NCBI GenBank assembly: GCA_945861715.1 | Contig: CAMAVK010000002.1 | Span: forward strand, 10,440-74,439 | From: Candidatus Woesearchaeota archaeon | GTDB lineage: Archaea; Nanobdellota; Nanobdellia; Woesearchaeales; GW2011-AR9 | Length of the DNA stretch: 64,000 bases | Direction: 5' to 3' | In this document: positions 59,618 to 64,000 of the stretch, in pieces | Layout: each line of letters starts with the position of its first letter | Numbering within the stretch: the first letter of the stretch is position 1 | Notes under the pieces: generated by a model | Seen by the model: only the letters and a program-made list of their open reading frames with translations | What the model was told of the DNA's origin: nothing | Database searches by the model: none | Program-made: the position numbers and the translations under genes

Positions 59618-60826
59618 ATGATGGTTTTTTTTGAGGTGGTTGTGGCACTGTTATTAGGTTTTTTTTCAGGAATGATCACCGGTATTGCCCCAGGAATTCA
59701 CGTTAATTTAGTATCAGTGATTGTTGTAACGTTATCACCGATGTTATTGCAATACACAAGTCCACTTGCATTATCAGTGTTTATTGTAAGTTTAGGGATC
59801 ACTCATACTTTTTGTGATGGTATTCCGAGTATTTATTTGGGCGCACCTGATGAGTCAACTGTGCTTGGAGTATTACCTGGTCATCGGATGTTACGCGAAG
59901 GGCGTGGTCATATTGCACTTATGTTGCTTACATTTGGTTCGTATGCGGCGTTGCTTTTGGGATTAGTTTTGGTTCCTTTGTTTTTGTTTGGGATGCAAGT
60001 GATGCAGGGTGTTGTAACTGAGTGGGTTGGGTTTATTCTTGTGGCGATGGTGGTATATTTGATTTTTCGGGAAGGAGGGAAGTGGTTTTTTGCGCTGAGC
60101 GCTTTTCTTTTGTCTGGGTTACTTGGATTATTGGTCTTTCATATTGATGGTTTATCGCAGCCGCTTTTCCCATTGCTTTCGGGGTTGTTTGGAATTTCAC
60201 TTCTTATTGGTTCGATATCTGAGAATACAACTATTCCTGCTCAGAATTCAGATTCTTCTTTTGAAGTTGGTTGGGCAAAAGGAAGTAAGGCAATTGCGGG
60301 TGCTACGGGAATGGGGTATGCCGCGGCGTTTTTGCCTGGGTTTGGTTCGAGTCAGGCCGCTATTGTTGCAACAAAGGTAGTGGGAGATATTGGGGACGAT
60401 GGGTTTATGGTCTTAATTGGAGGAATTAATACTGCAAATACGTTGCTTAGTATTGTTGCTATTTATGCTATTGATAAAGCCCGTAATGGGGCAATTGTTG
60501 CGGTTAATACTTTAATGGGCGGGGTTGGTTTTTCAGAAATGTTACTCTTATTGTGTGTTGCGTTTATTGTTGGGTCGCTTGCAACAATTGCTACACTTCG
60601 TTTGTCTCGTGTTTTTGCGCGTTTTATTGGTAGGGTTCATTACCCTACTTTAGTTCGAGGGATAATTTTGTTTATTGTTTTGCTTGCGTTTTTATTTGAT
60701 GGTTTTGTAGGAGTGATAATACTTGCTACGGCGACGTCTATTGGGCTGCTTTGTTCTAAATGGGAAATCGGAAAAAATCATTTGCTTGGATGTTTGTTGC
60801 TTCCGGTGATATTGTATTTTCTTTGA
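59618..60826 (+). CDS. TctA-like (DUF112) membrane permease
   Basis: Polytopic membrane protein with GIAPGIHVN and repeated Gly-rich GxxxG(F/L)xPG motifs like TctA large subunits. Confidence 0.45.
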   Translation: MMVFFEVVVALLLGFFSGMITGIAPGIHVNLVSVIVVTLSPMLLQYTSPLALSVFIVSLGITHTFCDGIPSIYLGAPDESTVLGVLPGHRMLREGRGHIALMLLTFGSYAALLLGLVLVPLFLFGMQVMQGVVTEWVGFILVAMVVYLIFREGGKWFFALSAFLLSGLLGLLVFHIDGLSQPLFPLLSGLFGISLLIGSISENTTIPAQNSDSSFEVGWAKGSKAIAGATGMGYAAAFLPGFGSSQAAIVATKVVGDIGDDGFMVLIGGINTANTLLSIVAIYAIDKARNGAIVAVNTLMGGVGFSEMLLLLCVAFIVGSLATIATLRLSRVFARFIGRVHYPTLVRGIILFIVLLAFLFDGFVGVIILATATSIGLLCSKWEIGKNHLLGCLLLPVILYFL

Positions 60827-60907
60827 TTGGGAGGTATATTTTAGATTTAAGAATTAAGAAATGTGTAATGGAGTTTTGAAAAAGTTAAGAAAATAAAAAA
60901 AATGGGC

Positions 60908-61213
60908 TTATAACAGAGTTCTGATGTTTTCAATATTACATGCAATGTCTTTTCCTTTTTTGGTTAATTCAAGGAGTTTTAAACGACCTTCTTTTTTAAA
61001 GTGGATGAGGTCAGCTTTTTGCATTTCTTGCAGAATCTTCACAACGTGTGAGTATGTGCAATCGATTTGCTTTGCTAGAACGGACGCATATACGTCACTG
61101 CTTGCATTTTTGAGTTCAACAAGCATCATAGCTGGTTTTTCTCGGAAAAATACGTCAAATATAACTTTTCTCTTATCTCTGTCTTTCAATTTGGTTGCAC
61201 CCCTCTGATTCAT
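60908..61213 (-). CDS. small winged-helix transcriptional regulator
   Basis: 101 aa. Predicted HTH SDVYASVLAKQIDCTYSHVVKILQEMQKADLI, followed by a wing (KKEGRLKLLELTKKG). Confidence 0.55.
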   Translation of the reverse strand: MNQRGATKLKDRDKRKVIFDVFFREKPAMMLVELKNASSDVYASVLAKQIDCTYSHVVKILQEMQKADLIHFKKEGRLKLLELTKKGKDIACNIENIRTLL

Positions 61214-61529
61214 CCACCCCCCTCTTCTAAATGGCTGTTGCCAAACAGTGCTATTTAAAGCTTTACCATTTCAGATATATGCTTTCAACAAACTCATTTC
61301 CGCCTAATGGTTATAAAGGCAGTTTTTTGGTTGTGTTGTTATGGTATTCGCCTTTTTGTATCGCTGTTTGTTTGGCTGCGGATTAAATATGCCATTTGGA
61401 ACATGTATTTTGCAGTTGTTTTTCTTTTTAAAGGTTTGTTGCGGTTTTTATCGGTGTGTGTTTTGTTGTTACTTTTTTGTGTTTTTGTGGTGATAGAAGT
61501 GAAATGATTTGTGGTACTCTGAGGTGGGG

Positions 61530-61680
61530 GTGAAATAACGAAAAACCGTTCATTCGGGGCTAACTACGGACATTGTCCGTAGTTTTTACGCCCTCATATT
61601 TGAACGGTTTTTCGGAATTAGAAATGGTGGCGAAATTGATAAACGGACTTCGTCCGTGGTCTTAAACCATACACCATTTC
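61530..61680. promoter_or_regulatory. pair of nested perfect palindromes sharing an ACGGAC-N3/4-GTCCGT core
   Basis: AAACCGTTCA...(CTACGGACA-TT-GTCCGTAG)...TGAACGGTTT, followed by GAAATGGTG...(ACGGAC-TTC-GTCCGT)...CACCATTTC. Outer stems are 9-10 bp and inner stems 6-9 bp. The pair lies between the 3' end of the large GC-rich gene and the upstream region of the wHTH regulator gene. Confidence 0.4.
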
Positions 61681-61739
61681 TAATAAGAAAAAAATAAAAT
61701 GTACTAATAATAGAAAATAAAAAATTAATTATTATCTTT

Positions 61740-64000
61740 TTATCGTCTAGCTGCGGCTGGTCCACCGTCGGGTGTTCCTACGCCAGGTGTACCCCCTTCT
61801 CCGCCTAGTCCCGCGGGTACAGGTGCGTTTGCTGTTCCATCACAGCTGCAGTCGCCAGCGTCCTCAGCACAACGCATCGCTTCGCATTGTCTGTCCATGG
61901 TCATAGAACGTTGTAGTGCACCAGCATTGAGGCCGCAGCAATTAAGGCTTTGTTGTAATCTAGCTGCTCCGCGACCAGTTCCACCTGAGATTACTACTTC
62001 ACCTCCGCTACCACCCCTTCTTCCGCCACCAATACTGTCGGTTACGAATGCCATGCCGCCCATGTTTGCTGCACCGGAGTTTGCTGCCATACTTGATTCG
62101 CCACACCTAACTTGTGCACAGACACTGCCTTCTGAACCTTGACCGTTTGGTGAACTACAGGTTCCGGTTGTAATAAATAAATTGTTAACAGCACCTCCTC
62201 GCGCATTGTCTCCTTGTTGTGGTTGTCCAGCAACTCCTGCTCGTCCAGGTGCTTGTCCTTGTGCTGGGGGCCCACCTTGTGGTTGTGCTGCTCCTGCTGA
62301 ACATTGACCTGAATTAATTGCTTGTTGATTTGGTCCTGTGCAACTTGATGAACATGAATCTGGATCAGCACATGATGCTGCTGCTGGAGCTGGAGCTTTA
62401 GCGGCAGCTTCTCTATCTGCCTTGGCCTTTGCCTCTGCTTCTGCTTCTTTTTGTTTGACTTCATTATCAGTTGCGGGGGGTGTTGGATCATTTCCACAAT
62501 CCCCTGAACATTGTGTTGAACCGTCTTTATCAAATCGCCATGTTTGGTCAACCGGTGCTCCATTTCGTGTTGTTCTATCTTTAACTACAGTGTGGTCTAT
62601 TTCTCCATTTTTGAATATTACATTCCATGTTCTCTCTTCCTTCGTATTACCTGAGGTCTGCGTGTCTTTTGAGGTATAGCCGTATTTTGATTTTGACCAT
62701 ACTCCATCTCCACTACCCGCACTAAGCTCACATCCGCCTCCGAGTGGGTTTCCCCTCTGGGCTTGTGATTGTTGACGCATGCCTTCTGCACTTGCAAATG
62801 GATCTGCGGCTGGGCTATTCATGCCTGCTATTTGAGTGGTCATGCACTCCATTTGTCTGGCTGCGCCGTTTTGTGCGTTTTCTAAAGCGGCAACTTGTTG
62901 AGTAAAGAGGCTGGCCATACATCCATCATCTCCCATCATGGCTCCGAAGCCACCGTTTGATTGTGGGGTTGAACACATGGATTGCATAAGACTTTGTTGA
63001 CCTATGCCATTTTGGGCTGCTGCTCCTTGAGGTCCAGCTTGTTGCATCATATCTCGTTGACCTGGTTTTGCAGCTCCAGCTTGTTTGCCACCGGCTTGCA
63101 TCATCGCTTGGCCACCTGCTCCTCCCGTAGCACCAGCTCCACCACATGGACTTGATGGGCAAGTGTAACCTAGTTTTGCTCCTTGCGCGTCAAACGGTTT
63201 TGGGCCATTTGCGACCATATCACCTAATTGGCAAGAACCACTTCCTATTGATAGAAGGTCAACTGAGTCCATTAAGGTGCTTGGATTTGCACAATGTATT
63301 TCATCTTGTGCTTTACATATTTTTGCTCCCACTAATTGTCCCGTTACGCGATCGTATAGTGCTACTTTACTTGATGGGTAACCTTTACTTTGGATGGTTG
63401 TTTTTATTGTGTTTTTGTTTTCGGAGAGAAGTTTGTACATATCTGAGGCTGCACCTCGGTGTTTGTCTGCATCAAATATGAGAATATATACTGGGGTCAT
63501 TAATGTCAGAAATGATGATTTCGCTTCTTCTCGACCAAAACCTGCAAGTTGGTTTCCAACTGTAATGGATCCACTATGTAGACTTTTTGATAGTTTTGCA
63601 ACTTGTTTTTCGGAGAGGCACGCAGTTTGTCTTGCTATACCTTGAAGTGGTACCCAGCCTGCTTCGTCGATTTTATTTTTTGATTGCATAGAAGTTATTT
63701 CTGCGCAATAGTTGTAAATTAATTGATCTTTGATGATGTCCTCTTGGTTGCAATGTTGCGGAAGTCCGGTAATTTCAGTTCTGTATGTTCTTCCTAGTTC
63801 GTTTTCAAGGTGGGCTTGAAGAAGGATGCAGCCTAAGTTTACTTGTTCGGAGATGATGTTATTTTTGGAGAAATCTAATTTTGTACGTCCCAATTCACTC
63901 ATCATTGTCATTGCGGCTTGGTCTCGTTGTTGTTTTGCTATTGATCCACTTGGTCCATTCATGGATCGTACTTGGTCGTTTAATGTCTTTAATTCGGTCA
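61740..64000 (-). CDS. large Cys/Gly/Ala/Gln/Pro-rich low-complexity protein, partial (continues past the window end)
   Basis: Minus-strand ORF open to the window edge. The N-terminal about 250 aa look globular. The rest is low complexity: GGAGATGGAGGQAMMQAGGKQAGAAKPGQRD, EAEAEAKAKADREAAAKAPAPAAAS, and clustered Cys (CxxxC, CC). Local GC is far above the window background. Confidence 0.5.
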   Translation of the reverse strand, partial: TELKTLNDQVRSMNGPSGSIAKQQRDQAAMTMMSELGRTKLDFSKNNIISEQVNLGCILLQAHLENELGRTYRTEITGLPQHCNQEDIIKDQLIYNYCAEITSMQSKNKIDEAGWVPLQGIARQTACLSEKQVAKLSKSLHSGSITVGNQLAGFGREEAKSSFLTLMTPVYILIFDADKHRGAASDMYKLLSENKNTIKTTIQSKGYPSSKVALYDRVTGQLVGAKICKAQDEIHCANPSTLMDSVDLLSIGSGSCQLGDMVANGPKPFDAQGAKLGYTCPSSPCGGAGATGGAGGQAMMQAGGKQAGAAKPGQRDMMQQAGPQGAAAQNGIGQQSLMQSMCSTPQSNGGFGAMMGDDGCMASLFTQQVAALENAQNGAARQMECMTTQIAGMNSPAADPFASAEGMRQQSQAQRGNPLGGGCELSAGSGDGVWSKSKYGYTSKDTQTSGNTKEERTWNVIFKNGEIDHTVVKDRTTRNGAPVDQTWRFDKDGSTQCSGDCGNDPTPPATDNEVKQKEAEAEAKAKADREAAAKAPAPAAASCADPDSCSSSCTGPNQQAINSGQCSAGAAQPQGGPPAQGQAPGRAGVAGQPQQGDNARGGAVNNLFITTGTCSSPNGQGSEGSVCAQVRCGESSMAANSGAANMGGMAFVTDSIGGGRRGGSGGEVVISGGTGRGAARLQQSLNCCGLNAGALQRSMTMDRQCEAMRCAEDAGDCSCDGTANAPVPAGLGGEGGTPGVGTPDGGPAAARR

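Noticed and set aside
61307-61507. 66-aa hydrophobic ORF upstream of the wHTH regulator
   Set aside because: Could be a small membrane peptide, but it is extremely Leu/Phe/Val-rich with no start context. Treated as non-coding promoter region.
62042-62563. 173-aa Gln/His-rich ORF
   Set aside because: Alternative frame nested inside the large GC-rich gene on the same strand. An artefact of the low-complexity repeats.

Overview
The window is AT-rich (roughly 35-40% GC by eye), gene-dense and clearly archaeal. It carries an Orc1/Cdc6 gene, a group II chaperonin (thermosome), ribosomal protein L35Ae, a NOG1-type GTPase, archaeal-type HisRS and SerRS, and a tRNA-His with a genome-encoded G-1. Several features together suggest a small-genome DPANN-like archaeon. 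These are: tRNA genes with non-canonical and multiple introns, a helicase gene that lacks its first motor domain, many short orphan ORFs, and several large secreted proteins with Ig-like repeats. This lineage assignment is inference. All canonical stop codons appear to be used, so translation table 11 is assumed. Recognisable genes, in order, are: DedA, two SAM methyltransferases, hisS, a LOG-like (TIGR00725) protein, a tandem-domain Lrp/AsnC regulator, the thermosome, an MBL-fold hydrolase, an alpha/beta hydrolase, a presenilin/SPP-like intramembrane protease, an orphan HerA-like ATPase, rpl35ae, a small Toprim protein, mutL, the C-terminal part of a Hel308/Ski2-like helicase, two paralogous Ig-repeat surface proteins, a YjeF-N epimerase, a NUDIX hydrolase, orc1/cdc6, a TrmB-like regulator with an in-frame stop, serS, a His-box desaturase-like membrane protein, a three-gene membrane/secreted cluster, tgt, a glutaredoxin, a GH3-like hydrolase, a class-II amidotransferase, a NOG1 GTPase, a Kef-type antiporter with an RCK domain, a TctA-like permease and a small wHTH regulator. 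I found no CRISPR array, transposase or integrase. The items most worth a second look are: (i) three tRNA loci, namely a clean tRNA-His, a tRNA-Thr(UGU) apparently carrying two introns including one in the T-loop, and a tRNA-His-like gene whose 5' acceptor strand cannot be found; (ii) a Hel308-like helicase missing RecA1; (iii) GC-rich, highly structured intergenic elements (candidate ncRNAs) at about 20.9-21.2 kb, 33.5 kb and 61.5 kb; (iv) a compositionally anomalous, GC-rich gene for a Cys/Gly/Ala/Gln-rich low-complexity protein running off the window end; and (v) co-directional clusters of uncharacterised membrane/secreted proteins that could form a novel surface or attachment system.
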